Assembly (NCBI GenBank): GCA_019658995.1
Contig: JAIFWN010000002.1
Location: 29,262 to 93,261, forward strand
Direction of reading: 5' to 3'
DNA from: Candidatus Parcubacteria bacterium
GTDB lineage: Bacteria; Patescibacteriota; Minisyncoccia; Phycocordibacterales; Zambryskibacteraceae
Length of the DNA stretch: 64,000 nt
Positions 38,727 to 48,622 of this stretch are shown in pieces (the first letter of the stretch is position 1; the number at the start of each line of letters is the position of its first letter). A model generated the notes under the pieces. The model was not told the origin of the DNA and ran no database searches. It saw nothing but the letters and a program-made list of their open reading frames with translations. The position numbers and the translations under genes are program-made.

Positions 38727-40100
38727 CTATCTTTGATCATGCGGATCAAAGATAGATGGTGACAGCTTCTCTCCATTAAGTATCCGGGAAATTCGCTTGC
38801 CTCCGTATATAGAAGGCAATATTCCGACTCCATTGCATCCGAGATTATACATAAGAACGGGGTTCAAGGGCTCAGGACCGACGCGCCGAACACCGTTCGG
38901 CGTATAACCCATGAGTCCATGCCAGCTGAAAATGTATTCGATCTTCTTGTTGGGATCGATGTCGTAGAGCGATTTTACGAAGCTGTCGGTCTCTTTCGAC
39001 ACCTCGTCCTTGTACTCGTATTCAAAAACATATTCTTCCCTGTCAGGGATAGCATGCTGAGGACCACCGAGGCATATGAGGTTATGCCTGCCGTGGTTGT
39101 ACTCATAAGCTCTCCTAGTGAGGTAAAAATACGGATCCTCCATATCATCGAATCCCGGCTGCGGAGTAAGATAATAGCTTATGGCTATAGGAGATTTATT
39201 CATAGTCTCGATATAGCCACTCATCCTGCCGACTACTCCATTGATATCATGATGAAAGCGCGTATCTATCCCGAGACCTGCCGCATTGAAAATCTCAAGA
39301 TTTTCGAACCCATTAGTACAAAGCACGACCCGCCTGACAGTAGCACTGCATGTACCTACATCCAAAAGAGCATGATCATCCTTGAGGACAACCTTATGTA
39401 CTTTGGAATTTTCAAAGATTGAAAACCTGCCGGCATATTTCTTGAGCAGATACTGCGCCACTTCCTCGGTGAAAAGTGCCGAATTCAACACTCCCCTAGG
39501 CTGTTCCGAGACGGCAATGAATCCTGACTTTCCTGTCTCGAGGCGATCGAGCACCTCCTTGTGCGGCACCAGAGTGTAGAAACCAGCGTATTTCTCGGAT
39601 ATATTTTTGCCGAAGTCAGCGTCTTCGGATATGTAGAGCATCTCTGGCTTAAGGCCTCCCGCAGCGCGTAAAATATTTTTCTTCAGATGATCCATGACCT
39701 GATCGAAAGTGGAGAAACCATCATATCCGATGAAGCGGGAAAAATAGATATCGAGCCCTGCCTCGGTATAAATTTGGTCTATCAGTTCCCAAGCCAGTTC
39801 GATGTCACGTTGCCCTTCCGTAGCAAGAACCGCTCCAAACTCCTCTACAAGTTCATGAAACGGACGCTCGAAATAGCTCGCTACCTGTCCGGCATTGTGT
39901 CCTGTGGCACCGTGGGCAATCTTACCCGCCTCGAGAAGAACTATACTCTTGTCGGTATCACGAAGGGCAAAGAAAGCCGTGGAGATGCCGGCGATACCCC
40001 CGCCGACGATAGCCACATCGGCTTCGATATCACTATGCAGTGCCACAATTGGCCTCGTGCGGCTGATCTGGTGTATCCAGGGAGAATAATTTTTAGACAT
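38727..40100 (-). CDS. FAD-dependent oxidoreductase (DAO family)
   Basis: IVGGGIAG, GATGHNAG, LCTNG, W.GLMGYT, GCNGVG. Confidence 0.88.
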   Translation of the reverse strand: MSKNYSPWIHQISRTRPIVALHSDIEADVAIVGGGIAGISTAFFALRDTDKSIVLLEAGKIAHGATGHNAGQVASYFERPFHELVEEFGAVLATEGQRDIELAWELIDQIYTEAGLDIYFSRFIGYDGFSTFDQVMDHLKKNILRAAGGLKPEMLYISEDADFGKNISEKYAGFYTLVPHKEVLDRLETGKSGFIAVSEQPRGVLNSALFTEEVAQYLLKKYAGRFSIFENSKVHKVVLKDDHALLDVGTCSATVRRVVLCTNGFENLEIFNAAGLGIDTRFHHDINGVVGRMSGYIETMNKSPIAISYYLTPQPGFDDMEDPYFYLTRRAYEYNHGRHNLICLGGPQHAIPDREEYVFEYEYKDEVSKETDSFVKSLYDIDPNKKIEYIFSWHGLMGYTPNGVRRVGPEPLNPVLMYNLGCNGVGILPSIYGGKRISRILNGEKLSPSIFDPHDQR

Positions 40101-40183
40101 TCAGTGTATGAATTTTAGCATAAAGGGAAACCATCTCATTTGGGACAAATGTGAGACAGTCTCATCTAGCGGGTCAATGTTTG

Positions 40184-40256
40184 CTCCGCGACCAGGGCTC
40201 GAACCTGGGACATCCTCCTTAACAGGGAGGCGCTCTACCAACTGAGCTATCGCGGA
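40184..40256 (-). tRNA. tRNA-Asn(GTT)
   Basis: TCCGCGA/TCGCGGA acceptor, CCTCC-CTGTTAA-GGAGG anticodon arm, TTCGAGC T-loop. Confidence 0.97.
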
Positions 40257-40495
40257 ATATATTTTCTAACAAATTCTCTACCTCTATAAGACTTGAGCTG
40301 TTTCTCTCGCACTAGGGCTTTCTGTCGCGATTCTACTTCCTCAGTGTAGACAAGCTCCCATCTGCCGCCACCTCTGGATGTATATCCTTTAAGTATTCCA
40401 CTTCTATGCAAATCTAAGCGATTTTTCAGATCTTTAGTCTGACCAATGTAGATTTGGTCACGCTCAGAATTGTATAGAGCATAAACGGTATACAT
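40247..40495 (-). CDS. small GIY-YIG endonuclease
   Basis: YTVYAL..IYIGQT.DL..RL..H..YT..WELVY.E..A..RE..LK. Confidence 0.93.
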   Translation of the reverse strand: MYTVYALYNSERDQIYIGQTKDLKNRLDLHRSGILKGYTSRGGGRWELVYTEEVESRQKALVREKQLKSYRGREFVRKYIPR

Positions 40496-40507
40496 CCCTT
40501 GTCTATC

Positions 40508-40550
40508 CGCTCTACCATCCGCCAGCTGGCGGAGAGCTATCGCGGAATAT
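40508..40550 (-). repeat. duplicated 5' fragment of tRNA-Asn interrupted by a 16-bp palindrome
   Basis: 40534-40550 = 40244-40260 (17 bp) and 40508-40517 = 40231-40240; TCCGCCAGCTGGCGGA at 40518-40533. Confidence 0.9.
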
Positions 40551-40585
40551 GAGGATCATACCAAAACAGCACCGGAGAATAAAGA

Positions 40586-41005
40586 CTAAGGGCAAATGAC
40601 CACATCGCCCGGATCGGCTGCCAGATATTTCGATCCCCTGGCATCCACGCACCAGTATCCCCCGCCTCCCGTGAGATTGGCCGAGACAGCGTAATCGGCG
40701 CCATTGGCATTACAGGTCAAGTGGGTCTCGGCTGGATAACTTGCCTCGGTCGTATAGGTAGACATGTTCAGCTCACTTGTAGCAAACATCCCTGACGAGC
40801 AGTCCGAGGCGCTGCCGAAGGTGCCGGCAGACTCATGATAATTTTCCGCGGCGGTACGAAGACTCGTGAGCTGGGATTTGATCTTGGAGTCATTACTCCT
40901 CCCTCTTGCGCTGCTTAAACCACTAAGTATAAGAGTAGAGAGTATAGCGATGATGGCTATAGACATCAGCAATTCTATGAGAGTGAAGCCCTTGCTCGTA
41001 TGCAT
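40586..41005 (-). CDS. type IV pilin-like protein
   Basis: KGFTLIELL prepilin cleavage/methylation motif, C-terminal cysteines. Confidence 0.92.
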   Translation of the reverse strand: MHTSKGFTLIELLMSIAIIAILSTLILSGLSSARGRSNDSKIKSQLTSLRTAAENYHESAGTFGSASDCSSGMFATSELNMSTYTTEASYPAETHLTCNANGADYAVSANLTGGGGYWCVDARGSKYLAADPGDVVICP

Positions 41006-41047
41006 GAGCTAATTATACATAAAGAAAAAGCCACCCAAGGGTGGCTA

Positions 41048-42172
41048 TCAATCAAAAAGTGTTACCTGGAACTTATCTCGCAGTACAAGCTTACGCTCCT
41101 CTGGTTCAGGCGGCCGCGAAGCCAGCACCCTAGGCACATCAAGAAGTAATATCTGCTCGTTGTGCGGTCTGGGCCTCTCACCACGGATTTCAAGAAAACC
41201 GTTGTTGTATTGCCTTGCTGATGGCAGGCTCCAGCGGCAAACGCTTTCAACCGAACATTGTCCACAGGTGGAATAGTACCTATCTACCCGTTCCATTGGC
41301 CAGCTTAGACGCTTGGCAAATACTTCGGTAGCCCTTCCACGATAACCGGAGGTACTTGACCCGTTGCCTTGGCTGACGCTACAGAAATCGCGCGAGAGAT
41401 ACCATAGAGCATTGGAGAAGTCGATAACATCATCGACAGTCGCGCAATACTTGAGGTAGAGCTCACGAGCTACTGGCGAAACTTCGTAGAACTCGTAGCG
41501 GGTTCCGGGCCCCATTTCAAGAGCCAGCAGGGATTCCGTGGATGCCATCACCCTGATGTTGTGCGTATCCACGGGACCGGGATGCATCAGCGGCTTGACC
41601 AGCTTCGCATTGATCAGAAAATAGAGGAACATACTGACCATCTTGTGGCGAAGGCCCATGAATCCGGTTGGAGAGCTTGGATCTCCCTTCCCATTCATGA
41701 AGGTCTCGCAAAGTTCCTCATAATTCCGGGCCTTATCGAAAATGAGCAACGGATTGCTGTCCCAGAAACGCGCCAGCTTCTTGAGATTGAAATTCCAGAA
41801 CCTGACAGTCTCTCGAACGTTGAATCCAAGTCCATTCTCTTTCAGAATCTTGTGCATCCTCGCACGTAGGTTCATGAGTCTGAAGCCGTGCAACATGAAG
41901 GTTTGAGGATCAAACATCCAAGGATGCTCGTCGTAAACCTTGCAAAGCCTCAGGAAGGCCTGCGCGCTATCGATCCGACCCCTCATGTAGAGAAGCCCAA
42001 CCAAGAGCCATACTGCGTGCTGGACACTGCCGGGAATGAGAGTCCTCGGCAGCCTTGCCGGCACCGGCTCAGCATGATCGAATGGCGGAAGCTTACGCCT
42101 CCAGGCGTCGATGAGGGTCCGCACGACCCACTCGGCGCGTTCGTGATTGATCACGTATCGCGGTTGGGTCAT
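41048..42172 (-). CDS. divergent HhH-GPD (endonuclease III-like) DNA glycosylase
   Basis: FMGLRHKMVS (HhH), PVDTHNIRV (GPD Asp), FC..CGQC.....C Fe-S-like cysteines; ends QVTLFD. Confidence 0.7.
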   Translation of the reverse strand: MTQPRYVINHERAEWVVRTLIDAWRRKLPPFDHAEPVPARLPRTLIPGSVQHAVWLLVGLLYMRGRIDSAQAFLRLCKVYDEHPWMFDPQTFMLHGFRLMNLRARMHKILKENGLGFNVRETVRFWNFNLKKLARFWDSNPLLIFDKARNYEELCETFMNGKGDPSSPTGFMGLRHKMVSMFLYFLINAKLVKPLMHPGPVDTHNIRVMASTESLLALEMGPGTRYEFYEVSPVARELYLKYCATVDDVIDFSNALWYLSRDFCSVSQGNGSSTSGYRGRATEVFAKRLSWPMERVDRYYSTCGQCSVESVCRWSLPSARQYNNGFLEIRGERPRPHNEQILLLDVPRVLASRPPEPEERKLVLRDKFQVTLFD

Positions 42173-42309
42173 AAGTCCTCTTTGATTGAGAAGGTTCGAT
42201 CTAGTCTTGGAGCATTATATGTTGCAAAAGAAGGTTGTCTACTAGCGGAGACTTCGCCTCATCCTTATAATCTCAGTTAGATTATCGGACTTTAACAAGC
42301 GAGGACTCA

Positions 42310-43104
42310 ATGGCTAGCGCACATGCCGAGTATAACTGGCTGCGTTCGCGAGCCATGGATACTCAGGGTAAGGCAGGTCTGCTTTACGAATGCCTCATGG
42401 CCGAAGCTCTCGGCTGCGAAATTTCAGAACGCGGCAAAGCCGAATATGCTGATATTTACTCCGAAAGGCTAGGTATCCGTGTTGAAATCAAGGCCCGTGG
42501 TGATAACAATCCACACGGATTCAGGGTCGATCAGATACTGCATTACGAATGGGACCTGCCTGCAGAGCTGAGACATACACTTTACGCCGTTGTCCTGTAC
42601 AGAAGCAGACGTGCGATACGCAAGGGCGAGGCTCCGCCCAATGGATTCAGTACCAAGACAACAATGGTTTCGATGCTTCGCTTTCTCAAGACTGACGAGC
42701 AAAGAAACCAGTTCTGGGCAGAAAATGTGACTGTCGTATACCTTCTTGACCTCCGAGTCATCAACGGCCTGGAAAGCCTCTTGGGTACGGTCAAGGGCCA
42801 TTTTGCCGGCAGACCAGATGAGATGGATCTTGTAGTAAATCGAACAGTACTCACTGAATTGTTTCAAGACGCGAGCCTCACAAGCTCGCTGAAGAAGCTC
42901 CATCTGAGTCCATCGGGATGGGCAAAGGGTGTATACCCGATGAAGGTACGCTTCCAGTGTCCGATCATGGATCCGGATGTAAGCGGTCGAGTGATCAGAC
43001 ACCAAACCCTTGACTCAGGCTTCACCATGATTACTCTGGTTCGCCGGAATCTCCACGCCCAGTTGGCTCAGGAGATATCAGCAAGGACTCTCGCACTCGT
43101 GTGA
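42310..43104 (+). CDS. putative PD-(D/E)XK restriction-endonuclease-fold nuclease
   Basis: GLLYE..YADI..VEIKAR motif; GAGG SD; TGA in terminator stem 43086-43109. Confidence 0.6.
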   Translation: MASAHAEYNWLRSRAMDTQGKAGLLYECLMAEALGCEISERGKAEYADIYSERLGIRVEIKARGDNNPHGFRVDQILHYEWDLPAELRHTLYAVVLYRSRRAIRKGEAPPNGFSTKTTMVSMLRFLKTDEQRNQFWAENVTVVYLLDLRVINGLESLLGTVKGHFAGRPDEMDLVVNRTVLTELFQDASLTSSLKKLHLSPSGWAKGVYPMKVRFQCPIMDPDVSGRVIRHQTLDSGFTMITLVRRNLHAQLAQEISARTLALV

Positions 43105-43132
43105 GGGTCTTTTTTATTGTTATAATAAAGAT

Positions 43133-43681
43133 ATGAAAACTCTCCTTGGCCTCATAGTGGTGGCTGTTATAGCCTTCTTCGGCTGGCAGTATTGGCAAGA
43201 TCATGCAAACATCACTGGCCCAGATATAAAGATTTCCAAGGATACGAGCAGACCAGATCCTTCCAATGCGACCTTCGACTTCGAGGACGGCCCAATCACT
43301 CTGAAAAACGGTTCGGCAAGCACCGAACTTGCGCCGGGAAGCGTCCTCTCACTCGATACCGAGATTACCAGGGACATAACCTACGGAGACGTGAACGGCG
43401 ACGGCAAAAATGACGCCGCACTCATCATCCTGCAGTCCGGCGGAGGCTCAGGCATGTTCGTATATATTGCCGCTTATGTTTCCGGTAACGTTAGTTACAA
43501 GGGTTCCAATGCAATACTTCTCGGTGATCGTGTCTCTCCACAGACTGTATCGATAAACGGAGATGGAATCGTAACCGTAAAATATTTAGACAGAAGATCC
43601 GGTGAGCCGCTGGCCGCCGAACCGACCATAGAGGTAACCAAGTATTTCGTATACCGCGGAGGCCAGCTTGAAGAAAGGTAG
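43133..43681 (+). CDS. membrane-anchored/secreted hypothetical protein
   Basis: N-terminal TM; GDVNGDGKNDAA, GGGSG.F.Y, LGDRV. Confidence 0.75.
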   Translation: MKTLLGLIVVAVIAFFGWQYWQDHANITGPDIKISKDTSRPDPSNATFDFEDGPITLKNGSASTELAPGSVLSLDTEITRDITYGDVNGDGKNDAALIILQSGGGSGMFVYIAAYVSGNVSYKGSNAILLGDRVSPQTVSINGDGIVTVKYLDRRSGEPLAAEPTIEVTKYFVYRGGQLEER

Positions 43682-43704
43682 AAAACGTGCTTTAATTGTT
43701 CCTC

Positions 43705-45489
43705 ATGCAAATCAGGAACATCGCTATTATCGCGCACGTCGACCACGGCAAGACTACGCTCACTGACGCCATCCTCCGCCAGAACGGAATGTTTGCCGAG
43801 GGCGAGAGCATGGACAGCAATGCCCTGGAGAAGGAGCGCGGTATCACTATTTATGCCAAAAATACCTCCCTCTTCTACAAGGATACAAAAATAAACATCG
43901 TAGACACTCCGGGCCACTCTGACTTCGGCTCTGAAGTCGAGCGGGTGCTGCGTTCCATAGACACGGTGCTCCTAGTAGTCGATGCGCAGGAAGGACCTAT
44001 GCCCCAGACCCGCTTCGTCTTGAAGAAATCCCTGGAACTCGGTCTGAAGCCTATAGTAGTTATCAATAAAATAGACAAACCGGCCGCTCGCCCCGACGCC
44101 GTCCACGAGATGGTACTCGAACTCTTCCTAGAACTCGGTGCCGATAACGACCAGATCAACTTTCCCACTGTTTATGCCATCGGCCGCGAGGGCATTGCTA
44201 AGAAAAATTTGACTGATGAATCCAAAGATCTTTCACCCCTACTCGATGTCGTATTGGAAAAGGTCCCGCCAGCTCCGCAGAATCTTGAAGTGCCTGCTCG
44301 CCTTCAGCCCTTCAATCTGGCATACGACAACTTCCTAGGCCGTCTGGCTATTGCTCGTATATACGATGGCAAGATTTGTAACGGACAGGAGGTCTGGGTC
44401 AAAAAGCCTAATGGCGAGAGCTATAAAGGTAAGATCACCAAACTCTTCACCTTTGAGGGTATCAAGCGCATCGAGAGTGCTGAGGCTGTGGCTGGTGACA
44501 TTGTCATGCTCGCAGGATTTTCAGAAATTTATATTGGCGATACCATTGTCGGTTCTCCGGACTCCGAAGCCCTGCCAGCAATTAATGTCGACGAGCCAAC
44601 CATATCTCTCCGGTTCCTAGTGAACGACTCACCCTTCGCCGGCAAGGAGGGTAAGTTCGTCACTGGCCGTCAGATTCGCGAGCGGCTCGAAAGGGAACTC
44701 GAGGTGAACGTGGGGCTCAGAGTCGACTTCTCATCGAGCGAATTTCTCACAGTTTACGGACGCGGCGAACTTCATATCGCCATTCTTTGCGAGAACATGC
44801 GCCGGGAGGGCTTTGAGCTTCAGGTCTCCCAGCCACACGTCATTATGAAGGAGGAGAACGGAGTTAAGACCGAACCGTATGAGGAGGTCGTCATCGACGT
44901 GCCTGAGGAGATGAGCGGAACCATCATATCCCACCTGACAGCCAAGCGTGCCCAGCTTATGGATATGAAAACTGAGAATGGCCAGACCCGCATAATCTTC
45001 GAAGCACCGACAAGGGCGCTTCTCGGCTATCGGGGACAGTTCATTGTGGATACCAAGGGTTTGGGTATCTTTGCCTCCCGCTTCACGGGATTCAAGGAAT
45101 ATGCGGGCCAGATCGAACACCACGATGTTGGCTCGATGATCTCGATGGAGAACGGCAAGGCCCTGGCCTTCGCCCTCGATAACCTGCAGCAGAGGGGTGT
45201 GCTTTATATAGAGCCGTCTGACGAAGTGTATGAGGGTCAGGTTATCGGCAATACCTCCAAGGGCGAGGATTTGTATGTGAACCCAACCAAGGGCAAGCAG
45301 CTCACCAACATGCGCGCATCCGGTTCTGACGAGGGTATCTTTCTAGTTCCGGCTTGGAAATTATCAATCGAGAGGGCAATGGAAATCATGAAAGATGATG
45401 AATACATAGAGATCACTCCCGAGTCCGTGCGTTTACGGAAGCAGCTTCTGACCCAGCAGTCCCGTGCCAAGGCTCAGAGAAAGGCTTAG
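43705..45489 (+). CDS. typA: GTPase TypA/BipA
   Basis: AHVDHGKTT, ERGITI, DTPGH, GRGELH, KQLTNMRASGSD. Confidence 0.97.
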   Translation: MQIRNIAIIAHVDHGKTTLTDAILRQNGMFAEGESMDSNALEKERGITIYAKNTSLFYKDTKINIVDTPGHSDFGSEVERVLRSIDTVLLVVDAQEGPMPQTRFVLKKSLELGLKPIVVINKIDKPAARPDAVHEMVLELFLELGADNDQINFPTVYAIGREGIAKKNLTDESKDLSPLLDVVLEKVPPAPQNLEVPARLQPFNLAYDNFLGRLAIARIYDGKICNGQEVWVKKPNGESYKGKITKLFTFEGIKRIESAEAVAGDIVMLAGFSEIYIGDTIVGSPDSEALPAINVDEPTISLRFLVNDSPFAGKEGKFVTGRQIRERLERELEVNVGLRVDFSSSEFLTVYGRGELHIAILCENMRREGFELQVSQPHVIMKEENGVKTEPYEEVVIDVPEEMSGTIISHLTAKRAQLMDMKTENGQTRIIFEAPTRALLGYRGQFIVDTKGLGIFASRFTGFKEYAGQIEHHDVGSMISMENGKALAFALDNLQQRGVLYIEPSDEVYEGQVIGNTSKGEDLYVNPTKGKQLTNMRASGSDEGIFLVPAWKLSIERAMEIMKDDEYIEITPESVRLRKQLLTQQSRAKAQRKA

Positions 45490-45506
45490 GCTAGCGGCCG
45501 AGGGAT

Positions 45507-45896
45507 TTAAAATAAAATCCCCACACGCTTTTGGTGCGGGGGATTTCTGGTTTTCAGCGGCGCGAATTTGCCATGCTTCCTGTAATACACGGCATCGTCG
45601 TAAAATATTAGCAAGGCTTTGCGATCTTGGATTTGAGACGGAAAGAAATTGGCGCAGACTGGACCGGTGATTATCGATGGCGCTTTCCTTAGCTGAGCAG
45701 CCAAAGTATCGTTTACCATCTTTCCGGCTTTGGCATCCCTATCAGTGGCAAGTCGCCCCAGACCGTAAGCAGCCAGCACTCGGACACAAACATTCAGGCT
45801 ATCTGGTTTGGGACTGCTCTGCTGAATATCCTCGGATATAGCTGACACTGATGTACAGAAAAGAAGCATAATGATACAAACTGCGAATTTCTTCAT
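45507..45896 (-). CDS. orphan secreted protein
   Basis: Signal peptide MKKFAVCIIMLLFC; C-terminus encoded within hairpin 45515-45546. Confidence 0.55.
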   Translation of the reverse strand: MKKFAVCIIMLLFCTSVSAISEDIQQSSPKPDSLNVCVRVLAAYGLGRLATDRDAKAGKMVNDTLAAQLRKAPSIITGPVCANFFPSQIQDRKALLIFYDDAVYYRKHGKFAPLKTRNPPHQKRVGILF

Positions 45897-45943
45897 GGGA
45901 TCTCACTAGAATGTCTTCAGAAAAAGACGTTCGTTTTAACCTG

Positions 45944-46684
45944 TTATTGCAATTTATGTTCTCCTACTCTCGTGCGTTTGATGCTATATGCCAGAGCGTG
46001 AGTGTCGAGCAATTTGCCCATCTCGTGGGCCAGGCTGCGAATATATGTGCCGCTTGAGACATCGGCTTTGAATTTGGAGATCAGGGCCAGCTCTCCGGGC
46101 TTGAGCATGCGCTTCCAGAGCGAAGCGATTTCTTCTTGTCTGAAGTCGCCCTTCACTAGGTCAATGTTTTTCAAAATCTCTTCAAGAATTTCACTCTGCT
46201 TAAGCATCCTTGTCCGGATGTGCTCTATGTTGAAAATTTTTATCTGCCTGGTTGGTATATCAACCTCATCAATCTTTCCCTCTCTGGCCCAGGCATGGAG
46301 TGGTTTACCCCCTACGGTGCGCGAAGAGTAAGCCGGATAGACCTGTGTCTTCTTGTTAGCAATGACTTTCAGCATCTTAGGCATCTTCTTTTCCAAATCC
46401 AGAGGCATGCGTCCCGTGGCGGTTATTAGCCCGAGCGTGTCGTAAGTATCGGTTTCAAAACCCCATAGCACCTCAAACTCGTAAGCTTTGTCCCACTCCA
46501 GGTATTCATCCTTATTACGTGTATCTCCAGCAAGAACGAAGAGAAGTCCTTCGGCCATCGGATCGAGCCGACCAAGGTAGGTCATAGGAGTATTCTCATA
46601 TTCCGGCCTCCCGGCCTTAAACCGCTCGATGCATTCAAGCGGCGTTTCGCCCAGGCGTTTATAGAGTTTCAATATCTCGCTCAT
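45944..46684 (-). CDS. truB: TruB-family tRNA pseudouridine synthase
   Basis: YK.LGETP, GRLDPMAEG, TDTYD, YPAYS, SSGTYIRSLA; start MSEIL. Confidence 0.88.
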   Translation of the reverse strand: MSEILKLYKRLGETPLECIERFKAGRPEYENTPMTYLGRLDPMAEGLLFVLAGDTRNKDEYLEWDKAYEFEVLWGFETDTYDTLGLITATGRMPLDLEKKMPKMLKVIANKKTQVYPAYSSRTVGGKPLHAWAREGKIDEVDIPTRQIKIFNIEHIRTRMLKQSEILEEILKNIDLVKGDFRQEEIASLWKRMLKPGELALISKFKADVSSGTYIRSLAHEMGKLLDTHALAYSIKRTRVGEHKLQ

Positions 46685-46700
46685 ACAGTATAATAACCAC

Positions 46701-47567
46701 ATGTCTAAGCTAGAAACCAGCTCCTACAAGGGTGTACGTGATTTCTACCCGGAGGATATGGCTGTCCAGAACTATATATTTGGCATCTGGCGGAAGGTGG
46801 CCGAAGACTTCGGCTATGTCGAATATAGCGCCTCCATCCTTGAGCCGGCCGAACTTTACAAAAGCAAGACCAGTGAGGAAATAGTAACCGAGCAGACATT
46901 CTCATTCGTCGACCGTGGCGGACGAGAGGTAGTGCTCCGTCCCGAAATGACCCCAACGCTGGCTCGTATGGTTGCCGCCCGCCGCCGTACGCTCAAATTC
47001 CCTCTCAGGTGGTACTCGATACCAAATGTCTTCCGCTATGAGCGGCCCCAGCGCGGACGCCGGCGCGAACACTGGCAGCTTAATTGCGATCTCATGGGCA
47101 TCGGCGGAGTGGAGGCAGAAGTCGAGATAATCACCCTTGCATACAAAATTATGAAGGAGTTCGGGGCTAAGGACGAGGACTTCTCAATACGAATAAGCAG
47201 CAGAAAGGCCCTTCCGGCAGGTACAGATATGGAACAAGTTAGAAAGATTGACCGCGGGGAGGATATCGGAGTAGAAATTACAGAGACTGAGGAAATCCGT
47301 AATCTCCTTACAGAGCTCGGGAAAACAGGAATTAAAAATGTGGTCTTTGATCCGAAAATTGTGCGCGGTTTTGACTACTACACCGGAATAGTATTCGAGG
47401 TATTCGACACGCATGAGGACAACCGGCGATCTCTCTTCGGCGGAGGCAGATATGACAATCTTCTGGAAGTTTTTGGAGTTGACCCCATACCAACGGTCGG
47501 CTTCGGCATGGGTGATATTACGATTCGCGATTTCCTGGAAACACACAAGTTACCTACACATAAGTAA
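46701..47567 (+). CDS. hisS: histidine--tRNA ligase, catalytic domain only
   Basis: GVRDF, LRPEMT, FRYERPQRGR.REH.Q, RGFDYYTG, GGGRYD, GFGMG; 288 aa. Confidence 0.9.
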   Translation: MSKLETSSYKGVRDFYPEDMAVQNYIFGIWRKVAEDFGYVEYSASILEPAELYKSKTSEEIVTEQTFSFVDRGGREVVLRPEMTPTLARMVAARRRTLKFPLRWYSIPNVFRYERPQRGRRREHWQLNCDLMGIGGVEAEVEIITLAYKIMKEFGAKDEDFSIRISSRKALPAGTDMEQVRKIDRGEDIGVEITETEEIRNLLTELGKTGIKNVVFDPKIVRGFDYYTGIVFEVFDTHEDNRRSLFGGGRYDNLLEVFGVDPIPTVGFGMGDITIRDFLETHKLPTHK

Positions 47568-47570
47568 ATA

Positions 47571-48146
47571 ATGCGCAAAATCGTATTTGACATTGAGACG
47601 AGTAATTCGCCGTCTGACGTTGGCAAATGGGATCCTACGCTACTTGATATTGCTATTGTAGCTATACACGATTCCGAAACGGATCAGTACACAACCTACA
47701 CTGTCGAGGAACTCGGTAAACTCTGGCCGGTCATCGAGCATGCGGACATGCTCATAGGTTTCGCCTCAGACCGTTTTGATGTCCCACTTTTGAATAAATA
47801 CTATCCCGGTGACCTTTTCAAAATAAGATCCCTGGATATCCTGACCGAAATCAAGAAGACTTATGGCCGACGCATGAAGCTCGACCAGCTGGCCGCTGGG
47901 ACGCTTGGGAAAAGAAAAAGCGGCCATGGCCTCGACGCCATACAGTGGTGGCGCAGTGGCGAGGTAGAGAAGGTTCGGGCTTACTGCATCGATGATGTGA
48001 AGCTCACCAAGGAGCTCTATGATTACGCTCGTGCCAATAGCAAACTGATTTTCAAGGAGGCGGGCAAGCTTCATGAGATAAAATTGGATACTGCCCTATG
48101 GGAAGCTCCAAGCGAGCATAAAATTACATATACTCTGCCATTCTAA
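47571..48146 (+). CDS. RNase H-like (YprB-type) exonuclease
   Basis: FDIET, FDVPLL, YCIDDV. Confidence 0.85.
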   Translation: MRKIVFDIETSNSPSDVGKWDPTLLDIAIVAIHDSETDQYTTYTVEELGKLWPVIEHADMLIGFASDRFDVPLLNKYYPGDLFKIRSLDILTEIKKTYGRRMKLDQLAAGTLGKRKSGHGLDAIQWWRSGEVEKVRAYCIDDVKLTKELYDYARANSKLIFKEAGKLHEIKLDTALWEAPSEHKITYTLPF

Positions 48147-48622
48147 TGGATACTCTTTTTATATTCGGAGCTAAATACCTATGGATTGCTTCAGTCTTAA
48201 TTGCCGTCTATGTGTTTTGGAGATCAGGGAGAAGAATATCGATGATCAAATTTGGCATTTTCCTCTTCCCTATCTCACTAATCATTGCCAAAGTGGCTAA
48301 CCACATCATAAACAATCCCCGTCCGTTCGTTGTTGAAAATTTCACACCGCTAATCTCTCACGCGGCCGATAACGGCTTCCCATCTGACCACGTGCTCCTG
48401 GTCTCTGCTCTGGCGGCAGTTGTTACCCCTTTCAGCCGGAAGTGGTCTCTGGTTCTGTGGTTCATAACCATTTTTGTGGCAATATCAAGGGTAGAAACAG
48501 GCGTTCACCATGCAGCCGACGTCATCGGGAGCATCATCATTTCAATACTCGTCGCCGGGATGATATACTTCTTTAGTAAAAATAAATCCAATGCCGCCGA
48601 CAGCAACCCAGAATACAAATAG
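48146..48622 (+). CDS. PAP2 family phosphatase (BcrC-like undecaprenyl-PP phosphatase)
   Basis: PRPF, FPSDH, SRV..GVH...D. Confidence 0.9.
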   Translation: MDTLFIFGAKYLWIASVLIAVYVFWRSGRRISMIKFGIFLFPISLIIAKVANHIINNPRPFVVENFTPLISHAADNGFPSDHVLLVSALAAVVTPFSRKWSLVLWFITIFVAISRVETGVHHAADVIGSIIISILVAGMIYFFSKNKSNAADSNPEYK

